Positions 10,669 to 23,459 of a stretch of DNA of 64,000 nt are shown one piece after another (position 1 is the first letter of the stretch; every line of letters begins with the position of its first letter). A program made the translations under genes and the position numbers. Below the pieces are notes generated by a model, which was not told the DNA's origin, did no database searches, and worked only from the letters and a program-made list of their open reading frames with translations. Source of the stretch: Eledone cirrhosa (Eukaryota); assembly GCA_964016885.1 (NCBI GenBank), contig OZ024741.1, positions 26,784,001 through 26,848,000 of the forward strand. The letters run 5' to 3'.

Positions 10669-10835
10669 CAATGATATTAAATAAATGGAAACTATATTTA
10701 TAAAACCATATTTATTTTATTATATATATTTCAAGGGTACCAAGACACATTGGTACGCTTTCATCAGATAAAACACAAAGTTTGTTTTAAAAATAGAGTC
10801 ATACAACAAAAATAATAATGATTTTTTTTGTAAGG
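10669..10835 (-). mobile_element. Penelope-like 3' terminus (family 1)
   Basis: Homologous to 37676-37840 and to the reverse complement of 60750-60912; contains a hammerhead. Confidence 0.8.
10715..10773 (-). ncRNA. Type I hammerhead ribozyme (family 1)
   Basis: UUUUAU-CUGAUGA-AAG(C)GUACCAA-UGUGUC-UUGGUAC(C)CUU-GAAA-UAUAUA-UA|AUAAAA: complete core and all three stems. Confidence 0.88.
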
Positions 10836-11189
10836 TTTCTCTAGTAATCAGTTGCTAGGTGCAGAGTTTTAAATGGCCTCAGATCAGTCCCTGATCTCAG
10901 AGGCTCAAATAATAATAATGATAATAATAATCTGGTGGTGATGGTGGTGGTGGTAGTAGTCTCTGCGTGTATCTGTTAGTGGGTATAGAGGCTTCTTCTG
11001 TGTCTAGTTTTCTGTCCCATCTGGCATGTGTGCGTGATGTGTGTCCGTGTACAATCTGTTGTGTGTGTGTGTGTCTTGTGTGATGTGTGTCTGTGTGTAT
11101 GTCCCATCTGGTGTGTGTGCTATTATTATATTATTCCAGTAATTAAATATTTTACAATGTTTTCATGAGATGGATTTTGTAAAGAAGCA

Positions 11190-11540
11190 ATGGCGAAGTA
11201 ATAGTAGTAGTGGTAGTGGTGATGGTGGTGTTGTGATGGTCATGGTAGGAATAGTGGTGGTGGTAGTAATAGTAACGATGGTGGTGGTGGTCCACCTTAT
11301 GATAGTGATGGTAATGGTGATCCTTGTTTTGGTGGTGGTAGTAGTAGTAGTGGTGGTGGTAATGGTTGTAGTAGTAGTAGTGATGGTAGTGGTAGTAATA
11401 TTGGTAGTGGTGCTGCTGTTGTATTGGTGTTGGTGATGGTCATCATGGTAGTGGTGGTGGTAGTAGTGGTGGTGGTGGTGATGGTTGTGGCAGCAGCTTG
11501 GTGGTGGTGGTGCTGGTGGTAGTAGTAGCAGTGGCGGTGA
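11190..11540. repeat. (GTG/GTA)n low-complexity tract
   Basis: Direct reading. Similar tracts at 19870-20330, 28215-28380, 42950-43200, 48745-49530, 50265-50575 and 53950-54235. Confidence 0.9.
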
Positions 11541-11603
11541 GAGATAACCCTGTACCATTAGACACTGAAACATTTCTAATATATTTTGTGGTAATCAGTT
11601 CGG

Positions 11604-12270
11604 TTAACCCTTTAAAAGCAAACTACCTGAAACCTCCCTTTGTTCTTTGATAGAAAACTGTTTATTTTAAGGTGTTAATATCCATCCAAAAACCTTCCAT
11701 TGTAATTTTATGTAAGAACTTTTGTTGAGTTATGTTCCAAACATCAGCTTAATAATGAGGAAGTTAGTTATATTAGCAAATCTCTCCAAATTCTTGATCT
11801 TCATCTTCTTTACCTACTTATTCCTGAGAGGGTTATGGAGGTAAAGCCCTCAAACACACCTTCCAGCCGGTCCTGTCAGAAGCAACCATTTCCAACTGAT
11901 CTGGCTGGATCATCAAGCAAGACCAGCCAAGCTCATGGATGTTCACCTACCATCTGCCGGTTGGTTTTGCCCAAACAATCTGTCCAGTAATTCTTTCCTG
12001 AGACATTCTAACCACATGCTCAGAGTATCGAAGCTGTAACCTCTTAATTCGGAGAAGTAGCGGCTCTACCTGGAGTAACTCTCTGATCTCCCAGCTATGC
12101 TCTCTATTAAGTAATGTTACTCCAAAGACCCTTCAGAGGAACCCCATTTCAGCTGCTTATATTCACGATTGTATTCTTTTGGTCATTACCGAAATTCTTG
12201 ATTATTTTCAAAATGATTTGAAAATCACAGTCAGTGTTTTTCATGAGAAATATAGTAACAAAAGGGTTAA
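11604..12270. mobile_element. piggyBac-type MITE family B containing an RTE insertion
   Basis: TTAACCCTTT ... AAAGGGTTAA termini; interrupted at 11799-12191. Confidence 0.82.
11799..12191 (-). mobile_element. 5'-truncated RTE LINE ((GAA)n-tailed family) with 11-bp TSD
   Basis: TSD AAATTCTTGAT at 11788-11798 and 12192-12202. Homologous to 26060-26555 and 41205-41631. Confidence 0.85.
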
Positions 12271-12827
12271 TTTAGTCATTAGTATATGTACTATTGACAC
12301 TACACAGTAGCAGTGATAAAATACTTGTTGAAAGCCAGCCAACACCCTAACAACCCTGTTATCAATATAGAATAATTCAATTGTTATTAATGATCATTTA
12401 GAAGTCTGTCCAGTATTGAACTTCACTTAAATACAACCAAAATTTTAATATTTCAACCATCGATTTACCCATTTTTTTAAAAATTCTTCATTGATTTCAT
12501 TTTATGTAATATTGAGGAGCCAAATTTAATCATTTTTCAATTTAATTTCATAATTTCCTCTTTCTTTCTTTTTTTCTGTCTTCCTTTTTTATTTATTTAT
12601 TTATTATACCTAAATTGTTTTAAATCTAATCAATTAGAGGTTTCCTATTTTAAAATATGGTGTTTTACATATTTTTATTCCTTGTGTTATCATGGGTATA
12701 GGGGTGTGTGGTTTATGTAAATCTGAACAGTTCTATATTGTGAGGCAAGAATTGCTTTTTGAAATGTTTTACACAAATAATCTAGAGTCTTGACCCTTTC
12801 TACTTTTAAGTTGTTTTTTGTTTTCAC

Positions 12828-13605
12828 TTATCCTTTTCTTGGCCATATTTCTAATGAAATGCACTACCCATGAGTTTAAAATCATTTTTAAACCTTTGTT
12901 ACCAACCCCGCCAAAACCAGCTCTGGTTCTATGAAAGGTTTTCAAGTTAAATTAAAATCTTCCAACATATTTTATATACGAACCTTAAATTAAGTTACTA
13001 TCTTACTAATGAAATAATTAATAATTTTAGCAAATTCCTCAAAATTCTTCATTAAGTAATTAAAATAAAGTGTATTTCATTAGAACTGTGGTCATGAAAG
13101 GGTTAAATAATCAAGAATTTAGATGGATTTAGTAAAACATGTAACTTTGTTGTTAAACTGGTTTTTGGAACAACACTACTTAACAAAAGATTATTACATA
13201 AAATTATGATGGAAAGTTTTAATTTCAAATATAAACTTTTTAAAACAAGATGGTGTCATGCAGTAATACAGAAGACCCAACTTTTCACGGGTACAAGCCG
13301 AAACTGAAGCATATAGACAATATGACCCCACTCCCTCCCACTGCAAAGTGGTCGTGTAGGCGCCACGGAAAAAAAGCACCCAGCACTCACTGTAAATGAG
13401 GTTGGTGTTAGCAAGGGCATCCAGCTGTAGAAATCAAGCCAGAATCAGTTCCCATATGAGCAAGACAAGGTCAGCCGACCGGACACTGCCCACAGCAGGA
13501 CAACCCTTCTAACCCATGTTAGCGTGGAAGAACGGACGTAAAACGGTGATGATGATAACATAAATTCATGGGTGGTCTCAGATAGGTTGATATTGAAAGG
13601 GTTAA
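12828..13605. mobile_element. MITE family B containing a nested MITE (12888-13106) and an RTE 3' end (13250-13556)
   Basis: Outer ends TTATCCTTTT / GAAAGGGTTAA. Inner TTAAACCTTT...AAAGGGTTAA. RTE piece matches 61175-61530. Confidence 0.75.
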
Positions 13606-13799
13606 AATACCCCCCCCCCCCCCTTTCCAGTTATCAGAGGTGTGTCATGAAATATATGCTAGGGTAAGCAAATGGAATGTTGTATATTTAAGGGAGATAC
13701 AGTACAGATGTATCTACTTCAGCATATTGATACTATTGGTGTTATCACAAACTCTGATCATTTACAGGAGACAGATTATAAGAGTGATTTCAGCAAGAC

Positions 13800-14275
13800 T
13801 TAACCCTTTCATGACTATATTTACCTTGAAATTCATTAAATATATTTCAGTTGATTTTGAAAATAATCAAAAATTTTAAAGATTTTAATAAAATAACATT
13901 TTCATTAACCCTTTTATGTCTGCATTTTTAATGAAATACACTTTATTTTAATTAATTAATGAAGAATTTTGAGGGATTTACTAAAATTATTAATTATTTC
14001 ATTACTAAGATATTAACTTAATATAATATTCTTATATAAAATTATGTTGGAAGATTTTAATTTAAATTGGAAACCTTTAAAATGGGTGGTTGTATTTCAT
14101 AGAACCAGAGGTGGTTTTGGCCAGGTTGGTAACTAAAGGGTTAAGTTTGTGTTAAGAAAATGACAATAAGTTCTTACATAAAATTATGATGAAGGTGTTT
14201 AAACCTGATCAATATAAAATGAACTGTTTTATCACAGACACACATGTGGTTTCAGGCGGGATCTGATTAAAAGTT
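13800..14275. mobile_element. MITE family B with a nested related MITE at 13905-14144
   Basis: Inner element TTAACCCTTT...AAAGGGTTAA is very similar to the solo copy at 32707-32945; the outer element resumes after 14144. Confidence 0.78.
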
Positions 14276-15379
14276 CCACAGAATTTAAATTTTGTATCTG
14301 TGGGATGTTGGTTTCTTTCATTCTTCCTTTCTATATCATATGTTCAAAGTATGTGCCAGTAATTGTCTGATACACTTGGTACATTTCCTTTGGTTTGACT
14401 ACCTTTGACACACAGATACACACATAGACACATACACAGACACAGACACATAGACAAGCACAGACAGGCAGACAGATGTAGACACACACACACACATAGG
14501 CTCAGGCACAAAGACGCACATACACAGACACACACACATAGACGCACATACACAAGCACATAGACATAGATACACACACACACATACAGGCACACACACA
14601 GCAACACAGACAGACACACACACAGAGAGATAAGTATACACATTATATATTTACCTGGTTTAACAGCACCACCACCTGGTCTCTGGCTATCTTTAGCAGA
14701 GTCTACTCTGTTATAAACACTAGCAGAAAAACCACTCTTGGGTAGTTTTCTGCTAGCATGTGTAGTGTGTATTATACACAAATATATATGCATGTAGATA
14801 TGATACATCAAATAAAATCGTAATTGATATATACACAGAAATTGAACAAAGTCTATGTTACACTGTCTTCTGTAATCAGTAAAGTAATCCATGATACATT
14901 TAAAAAAAGACGATATTATATATAAACTGCATCAGGAGAAAATTAGTGATGGAAATATATGCAATATTTTTATAAGTGTTATAATATAACGGCTGCTAAC
15001 CGGAAGTGTTGACATTTGAAAATTTTAAAGATCTTTAAATAATCTATAAAATATATTTAATCAACAGCCACGAAATTTAGTACATAAATTATGTAATATT
15101 CATTCATTCAAAGTAATCCAACTTATTTTACAAACGGGTTAAAAAGATATATTCTAGACGCAGTCCCGCACTCCTTTCTTTATTATAGTTTAGATTCAAC
15201 CAAACCACATGAAACCATTCCTGGTTCTATCTTACAAACCTATTTGTTTTTATGTATTTATATTTATATAAAAACCTTCCATCACAATCATATCTAAAAA
15301 CCTTTGTTAAGTTATGTTCCAAACACCAGCTTAATGTGAAAGTTAGTTATATTACTAAATCCCTCCAAATTCTTGATGG

Positions 15380-16295
15380 TGTGGTCATGGTGGTGGTGCT
15401 GGCGCTGTAGATTAGTGTAAGTGGTGGTGGTGGCAGTGGTAGTGGTGTAGTTTAGTGTAAGTGGTGGTGGGGATGGTTGTTTTAGTGTGAGTGGTGGTGC
15501 TGTAGTTAGTGTAAGTAGTGGTGGTGGTGGTGGTAGTGGTGTAGTTTAGTGTAAGTGGTGGTGGTGGCAGTGGTAGTGGTGTAGTTTAGTGGTGGTGGTA
15601 GTGGTGTAGTTTAGTGGTGGTGGTGGTGGCAGTGGTAGTGGTGTAGTTTAGTGGTGGTGGTAGTGGTGTAGTTTAGTGTAAGTGGTGGTGGTGGTGGTGG
15701 CAGTGGTAGTGGTGTAGTTTAGTGGTGGTGGTGGTGGTGTAGTTTAGTGTAAGTGGTGGTGTTGGTGGTGGCAGTGGTAGTGGTGTAGTTTAGTGGTGGT
15801 GGTGGTGGCAGTGGTAGTGGTGTAGTTTAGTGGTGGTGGTGGTGGCAGTGGTAGTGGTGTAGTTTAGTGTCAGTGGTGGTGGCAGTGGTAGTGGTGGTGG
15901 TGTAGTTTAGTGTCAGTGGTGGTGGTGGTGGTAGTGGTGGTGGTGTAGTTTAGTGTTAGTGGTGGTGGTGGTGGTGTAGTTTAGTGTTAGTGGTGGTGGC
16001 AGTGGTAGTGGTGGTGGTGGTAGTGGTGTAGTTTAGTGTCAGTGGTGGTGGTGGTGGTGTAGTTTAGTGTTAGTGGTGGTGGTGGTGGTGGTAGTGGTGT
16101 AGTTTAGTGTCAGTGGTGGTGGAGGTGGTGTAGTTTAGTGTTAGTGGTGGTGGTGGTGGTGGTAGTGGTGTAGTTTAGTGTCAGTGGTGGTGGTGGTGGT
16201 GTAGTTTAGTGTTAGTGGTGGTGGCAGTGGTAGTGGTGGTGGTGGTAGTGGTGTAGTTTAGTGTCAGTGGTGGTGGCAGCAATGGTGTAGTGTAA
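15380..16295. repeat. Variable-length minisatellite GTGTAGTTTAGTG(GTG)n
   Basis: Repeated GGTGTAGTTTAGTG anchor with variable GGT runs. Confidence 0.92.
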
Positions 16296-16444
16296 GTTGT
16301 AGTAAATTATGTATATGCTATTATTGGATCAATAAAAGTTGGTTTGAAGAGATGTTGTTGCCATAGTTACAGTAACTGCTCACCTTTCTGTCCACTTGTC
16401 ATTAATAGGGGACACTTGATGGGATCTTACTGTATGTCTATATG

Positions 16445-17230
16445 CCTGTCTGTCTGTGTGTGCACGTGTGTGTGTGTCTGTGTGTGCGTGTGTGTGTCTG
16501 TGTGCATGTGTGCGTGTACGTGTGTGTGTGCATGTGTGTGTGTTTGTGTCTATGTGCACGCGTGTCTGTGCATGTGTGTACGTGTGTGTCTGTGTGCATG
16601 TGTGTGTGCATGTGTGTGTGTACGTGTGTGTTTGTGTGTGTGTCTGTGCATGTGTGTACGTGTTTGTGTGTGTGCATGTGTGTATGTGTGTGTGTGAGTT
16701 GGTGTGGGTACGTGCATGAGTGCATGTCCAGTAACAATGAATTGTAATTATAAAAGATGGCGTGTGTACATGTGTTGGTGTGGGTTAGTGTGTGTATGCG
16801 TTAGTGTGCGTGTGTACATATGTTGGTGTAGGTGAGTGTGTATATGTGTGTGTGTATGCATGTGTGTGTATGACTCACATATACATGTATATGTGGTGTG
16901 TGGATATCTAGTTATATAAATTCTCTGATAATTAATGGTGGATTACAACTTGTAGCTGATAAAGACTGAGTCATGATCTCTGTGTGTGTGTTAGTGTATG
17001 TATTAGTGTGTGTGTGTCAGTGTTCGTGTGTTGATGTGTGTGTTGGTGTATGTGTTGGTGTATATATATGTGTGTGTGTGTGTGCGTGTTAATTGGTGTA
17101 TGCATTTGTGTGTATGTTGGTGTGTGTGTGTGTTGGTGTGTTTGTGTGTATGCGTTGGTGTGTGTGTTGTGTGTATGTATGTGTCGGTGTATGTGTATAT
17201 GTGTTGGGGTGTGTGTGTTGGTGGGAGGTG
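16445..17230. repeat. (TG)n-rich degenerate microsatellite blocks
   Basis: Direct reading. Confidence 0.9.
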
Positions 17231-17427
17231 TAGACATCCACCCATGAAACCATGAGGTAGCTCTTCAATTGATGAAGGTGTGTTACCTGATAGGTAATTG
17301 AAGGTGAGTCACACCAGGTGTTGGTGTGGAGATACTTGATGGCTTTGTCTCACCTTTGTTAACATTATTTAATGATGATGTCAGACCAACGATAATGATG
17401 CTGATAGTAGTAGTAATAATAATAATA

Positions 17428-17630
17428 GGGATTGGAAAGTACATTAAACAAATAGGGATTGCAATACGGATGGAACACTTACAAAAAACAGCTTGGAACA
17501 GCTTGAAAACTCTGGAGGGTACTTGAAAAATAAATGGTGTTACTTCAATTCACTGGTAGTGAACAGCTAACACTGTAATACATCTCTAGGGTTAGAGGCT
17601 GACTAAAGAAACAATGATAATAATAATAAT
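17428..17630 (+). mobile_element. R4/Dong-clade non-LTR 3' end in (TAA)n
   Basis: Translates IKQIGIAIRMEHLQKTA..., resembling the R4/Dong C-terminus LQKTALLGTARILRRVL; flanked by TAA repeats. Confidence 0.65.
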
Positions 17631-18002
17631 AGTTTCATTTATTAGCCACAAGGGCCGACATATAGGGGACAATACAAAATACAGGGACAGTGGGAGTTTA
17701 CATATAAAACGTGTAAACAATGTAAATAACAAAATAACAATAAAAATACAAGGAAAATTCCCCAGTAGTGGGGTTGACCACCCAGGGTTCACTCAGGTAC
17801 CCCACCAATCCTGAATGACCCGACGCTTCGAGAGCACCCAGGAAGGGCACCCCTCTCCTCCTCAAATTCACCCATCTACAGGCACATTATCAAAGTAGGC
17901 CCACTCACACGGGCCATTTCCGCCACATTCACCCACCTTTCAGCAAATGTACTGGGGGACAGCACTTCTCTCACCACCCTCACCTTTCATTCCAAGTGAA
18001 CT
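17631..18002 (-). mobile_element. Probable Tx1/L1-like LINE 3' end
   Basis: Minus strand FHLE*KVRVVREVLSPSTFAERWVNVA...L*, then a 3' UTR ending AATAAATGAAAC. Confidence 0.5.
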
Positions 18003-18019
18003 AGACAGGGTTCAACAAA

Positions 18020-18430
18020 CACTGATGAAAGAAAAGATTAGAAAGGAATACTATAGACTAGTTATGAGCAAACTGTTCCAAATTCAGATGTAGAAAGATT
18101 ACACCTACTACGAATAGAAGGAGAAAGGGGCCTTATGCAGCTAGAAAACTGTTTTAAAGTAACTACTGTAAGACTACAAAAATATCTAATGAAGAATAAT
18201 GGAAAGTTAATAAAATAGCCACGGAACATGAATAAAACAAAAAATTGTTTTCTGTCTTGAAGGAAGCCAACAAATTTAAAATAGAAGTTGGATTAACAGA
18301 TAATTGTGAGGTTAATGAAAACGGCAAAGAAACAACAACAGAAATTGGGAAAAACTTAAAATCTAAATTGAAAACAAACATTCAGAATATCATACTAAAA
18401 CAATGGCAAGACAAACCCTTTACCAAGTAT
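18020..18430 (+). pseudogene. R4/Dong-clade RT C-terminal remnant
   Basis: MKEKIRKEYYRLV, PNSDVERLHLLRIEGERGLMQLE and KQWQDKP resemble R4/Dong motifs (HPKSDVDRLYLPRKEGGRGL; WxxKPLHG). Confidence 0.75.
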
Positions 18431-18777
18431 TGCAACGATTATGCACAATAAAAATAAAACTAATAGATAATGATAATAATGGTTTCTTGTTTAGGAACAA
18501 GGTCAGCAATTTTGGGGGAAGAGTGAAGTCGATTAAATTGACCCCAGTACATTACTGGTGCTTTATTTTATTGACCCTGTAAGGATGAAAGGCAAAGTTA
18601 ACCTCGGCGGGATTTGAACTCACAGCGGTAAGGCCCATAACTCTGTATGGTAAAGTGTGGTGTCTGACGCTCTACTGATACTGCTAATAATAATAATAAT
18701 GGTTTCTGATTTAGGCACAAGGCCAACAATTTTGGGGTGGATTAAATCGACCCCATTGAGTTTCTGGTACTTTATAT

Positions 18778-18865
18778 ATTCATTTTATTAAGGCTAAATA
18801 GTGAGTCTTGTTATTTTGGAGTTTCACCTGTTTAGAAAGCTTGCTAAATAAGGGGTTAGGAGAAT
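18778..18865 (-). mobile_element. Penelope-like terminus (family 4), partial hammerhead
   Basis: Homologous to 2484-2526. Minus strand has a hairpin, then GAAA-CTCCAAAA-TA-ACAAG. Confidence 0.5.
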
Positions 18866-20411
18866 CCTTCTGTTTGTGTTAAAGACCGTACATAAGCGGG
18901 ATACAGATCTCCTTGACATGTTTGGGACATCAGTGGCCTCGCTTCAGTGCTGTATGTAGACCTGTCCAACTCTTGCTAGCTTGGAAAGCAGATGTTAAAT
19001 GATGATGATACCAGATGCAACTCACTTTCTTCTAGGCCACCTTAGCACTCTAACACATCCTTTCCCACAGTGCTATGATGCCCTTCACTCCCATCAATGC
19101 CTCCCCAGTGCTGATACCATAATAAAAATGTGCCCACTCCTCTCTGTAAGGTCTTTGTGGTGGTATCACAAAAAAATGCACCCTGTAAAGTGATAATACC
19201 AAAGTCAGGATAAAATGCTCCCAGTACACACTGTTAAGTGGTTGGTGTAGGGAGGATACCCAGCTATAGAAACTTTGGCAAAAACAGAATGTACAAACAA
19301 AACATATTCACCTGACCTCACATGGAAAATAGATGTTCAACTGTGGTGGTTGTGGTGATGATGATGATGATGGTCGTAATGGTAATAATAACTGTAATGG
19401 TGATGGTAATGGTGATGATGATGATGATGGGTTGGAGGAGAAAAAAGAGTAATGACATTCTTGATTTTAATTAACTGTTTTATAACCACATTTCTCATGA
19501 AATATATTACCACATGTGGTTTAATTAATTTTGAAAATAACGAGGAATTTGAGGAGTTGGGCAGTAAAATAATTGACTTTTATATTATAAATCTGCTCTT
19601 TGGAGCACAACTTAAAAGGTTCTGGTATAAAATGGAAAGGTTTAATACCCACTTGAATTAGGAACTAGCTACAGTCTGAAGTAGTTTGGTAGGAAATAGG
19701 TTAAATACTGAGATTTTAATGCAAATGTTATCAGCCATTAAAAGAAAAACCCATCACCTTCTTTGCCCTAACCCAGTCATCTCATTCATATTCATACTCA
19801 GTCTTTGTTGGGGACATAATAACCCCTCTAGTGATGGTGCCATGGTAAAATACACCCATACATTCTGATAGAAATGGTGGTGATGTTGATTGTGGTAGTG
19901 GTAGTGTGTATTGATGATGAAGATGATGATGATAGTGATGAAGATTGTGGTGATGATGGTATTTGTAATGGTAGTGATGGTGGTTGTGGTGGTGGTGGTA
20001 AGATATGTTGATGGTAGTGGTGGTGTTGGTGATGATAGTGATAATGATTGTGGTGATGGTATGTTGCTGATGATGGTATTTGTAATGGTAGTGATGGTGG
20101 TTGTGGTGGTGGTAAGATATATTGATGATGGTGGTGGTGTTGGTGATGATAGTGATGATGATTGTGATGATGGTATGTTGGTGATGAGGGTGGTGGTAAG
20201 ATATGTTGGTGGTGGTGTTGGTGATGATAATGATGAAGATGTGTATGTAATGATAGTGATAGTAGTGTGTATGTAATGGTTGTGGTGGTAAGATATGATG
20301 ATGATGGTAGTGTTGGTGATGACAGTGAGGTACACATAAACATTCTCTATACAATTTTAAACATTCAGCCTAGGTGTAAACATATCCCATCAGATTAGTT
20401 ATATAATAACA

Positions 20412-20444
<33 letters not shown>

Positions 20445-21053
20445 CTCTTTCATTATGCATAGATATTGATTTATTGATATTTCCAATCAATCAATAATTT
20501 CTCAAATATTCATATAAAAATATACAGTCCACTTATCATCATCATCGTTTAATATCTGCTTCCCATGCTGGCATGGGTTGGACGGGTTATAATGGCCGCC
20601 AAGGCTAGATGGATCAGAAAGACCTTATCCTGCTCATACATATATTTTGGCATGATTTCTACAGTTGGATGTTTCTTCCCTTCCATCTTCTCCATTCTTA
20701 TTTCATTCCACTCACAGGAGAAGATGAATGTTCTATAATGTCATGTCACCAGTCAACTCAAGCCTGTGTTATCACCTCTATCAGGTCAGCCTTCACCATA
20801 TCATCACAATTTCCCTTGGCTCTGTCGTCTTTAAAAACCCTGCTCTTCCTTTGCAGCTCTCATCCTCCACATACATCAATTGTCCATCCATACCATCGCA
20901 GTCTTCTTTTATCTACACTACATCTGATCCCTCTTATGCTCAACTTTTCTCTGTTCTTTTATGCTTCATCCTTCATGCATACTACTATTACACATCCATT
21001 GGAGTAGTACATTGTTGTTGTTGTTTTTTTTGTTATTTATATATATATAAATA

Positions 21054-21094
<41 letters not shown>

Positions 21095-21539
21095 TTATAT
21101 ATATATAAATAAATATATATATATATATATATTTCTCATCATCAACATCATCATTTAATCTTCATTTTCCATGCTCGCATGGGTAGGGCAGGCTATCCCT
21201 TTGTAAGAGATCAAGCCGGAGCACTGTTTTGCTCATACAGAGCTGATTTTGGCTTGGTTTCTACTGCTGGATGCCCTTCCATGCCTCCCCATGCCTATAT
21301 ATATATATATCATCATTTTTCATCATCATCATTTCATTTTACGTCCGCTTTATCCCTGCTTGCAAGGGTGGGACGGGAACTGATTCTGGCTTGATTTCTA
21401 CAGCTGGATGCCCTTCCTAACACCAACCACATTTACAGTGAGTGCTGGGTGGTTTTTGCCGTGGCACCTCCACGACCACTTTGCAGTGGAATGATATGGA
21501 CCCCAGGCCCTATCATCTCATTTCTACAGCTGAGTAAAC

Positions 21540-21589
<50 letters not shown>

Positions 21590-21590
21590 T

Positions 21591-21749
21591 GTAGATCCTG
21601 AGTGAAATTGGAGGTAACCACGGTAAATAAGGGACTCAATACATTGGTAGAGTGAGAATAATGAAATTTAATATAGAAATGACTTCTACAGGACTGGAAC
21701 TGTTTCATTTGTATAAAATCATCCTGATGATTTCATACAAATTAAACAG
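21591..21749. mobile_element. Penelope-like fold-back fragment (family 3)
   Basis: Homologous to 27193-27310; 24-bp inverted arms 21700-21723 and 21726-21749 span the hammerhead core. Confidence 0.7.
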
Positions 21750-22604
21750 ATGAGATAGACGGACAGATAGATAGAGCGAAAGAGAGTGAGAGAGAGAGAG
21801 ACAGGCAGATAGATAGAGATATAGAGATAGATAAAAGATAGATGGATAGAGAGAGAGGTGGGTATAGATAGAGAGTGATAGAGATAGAGAGATAAATAGA
21901 TAGATAGATAGAATGAGAGAAAGTGAGATAGATAGATAGACAGATACATATATATAGAGTGAGAGAGAGAGAGAGATGTTAGAAATGAGACGTGCTTTAA
22001 AGAAACAAACCTACTTGACATATCTTTTATTTATTATATTGACTAATGAGAAAATTGTTTGTACATTATATATGAAAATTCTGAAGTATATTACATTAAT
22101 CATTTACAATTGATTCAGATTAGAGCCAATAGATAAATATTTGGTAATGATCTACTTATTCTTCTTAGTCTTATTATTTGTATTATTTGTATTAAGAGTG
22201 ATGGAGTGGCTGAACAGAGAGAGAGCTAGGGAAGTATTTAGTTGCATTCCTTTATATTCTAAGTTCAAAGCTAACGAAAGTTGAATTTTTTTTTTTACCT
22301 TTCATTCTTCTAGGGCTGAATCCCTCCAAAAAATTGTACCATGTGAATTGTTGGAGTGAGGGGGTAGTTTGATATAATTGCCTATAGGTTCCCCCTCCTG
22401 CTCCCAGTTTGTTATGGCCTTTTCTACCTTTATTAGAAACGATTGTGGATTAGCAGAGTTGGTAGAGTGCCAGACAAATTATATTGTCATCTTTAGTTAA
22501 GTGTCTTTAGGTTCTGGGTTCAAATCTTGCCAAACCTCACTTTGATTTTTGTTAGTACAACAGCTGATTAAATTGACCCCTGGTACTTTGGTTTTCCTTG
22601 GTGT

Positions 22605-22810
22605 TTATTTACTGGGAGTTGAATACGGTTTACTGAGAGCTGAATCCAGTTTACAGTAAGTTGAATCCAGTTTACTGGGAGTTGAACCTGGTTTACTGGG
22701 AGTTGAACCCAGTTTACTGGGAGTTGAACCCAGTTTACTGAGAGTTGAACACAGTTGACTGGGAGTTGGACCCTGTTTACTGGGAGCTGAACTCATTTTA
22801 CTTGGAGCTG
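22605..22810. repeat. 21-bp minisatellite, about 9 copies
   Basis: Unit TTTACTGGGAGTTGAACCCAG. Confidence 0.9.
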
Positions 22811-23459
22811 TCAATAACCAGTGGTGGCTCTTTCTCAAGAGAGTCATTGCAGTAGGACTAATAAAATGGATACAAAAAAAGGTAGCAATAAAAATAACAA
22901 ATATTAGAGATGGAAATCAATAGACAAATGGAAGGGGTTAGAAAGGTTATCGTAACTGATATGTTAACAACAAAAATGCTGCTCAACTGCTTCTTGTGGT
23001 TGTGAAGGTTGTGTATCAGAGTTAAGGTGCACAACCGTAGATATGAGGGCACAAAACCCGTTCAGTGGGTTCAGGTGGCTGAGATGTGATTTGACACAAC
23101 AAAGCCACTGTTTTGGTTGCTATTTCCAGCAGCAATGTAAGGCTCTCATATTGTCCTAATACATTAAGTGGGATACATGTATATATAAGATATACTGTAG
23201 TAATGTATACACACATACACACACTCACACAATTACACGCATACATACCCACAAACACATACATACACACAAACACACATACACACAATTACACACACAC
23301 TCACTCAATTACACACACACACACAAACACACATACATACAAACACATATACATACACACAAAGACACACAAATACAAATATATTTATTCTGCTACTTGA
23401 GATTATCTGCTTAAAATTGAAGAAAAGAAGAATATAAATGTGACCTTAAGTAAACTCAT

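Noticed and set aside
14990-15190. Helentron/HINE-like terminus (ACCGGAAGT; GCAGTCCCGCAC..TTATTATAG)
   Set aside because: Only one end is recognisable and there is no second copy in the window.
15380-16295. Telomeric repeat
   Set aside because: No TTAGGG or TTAGG arrays; it is a GTG-based minisatellite.
22605-22847. STPSKLG heptad-repeat protein resembling the Pol II CTD
   Set aside because: A 21-bp minisatellite with no gene context or convincing splice signals.
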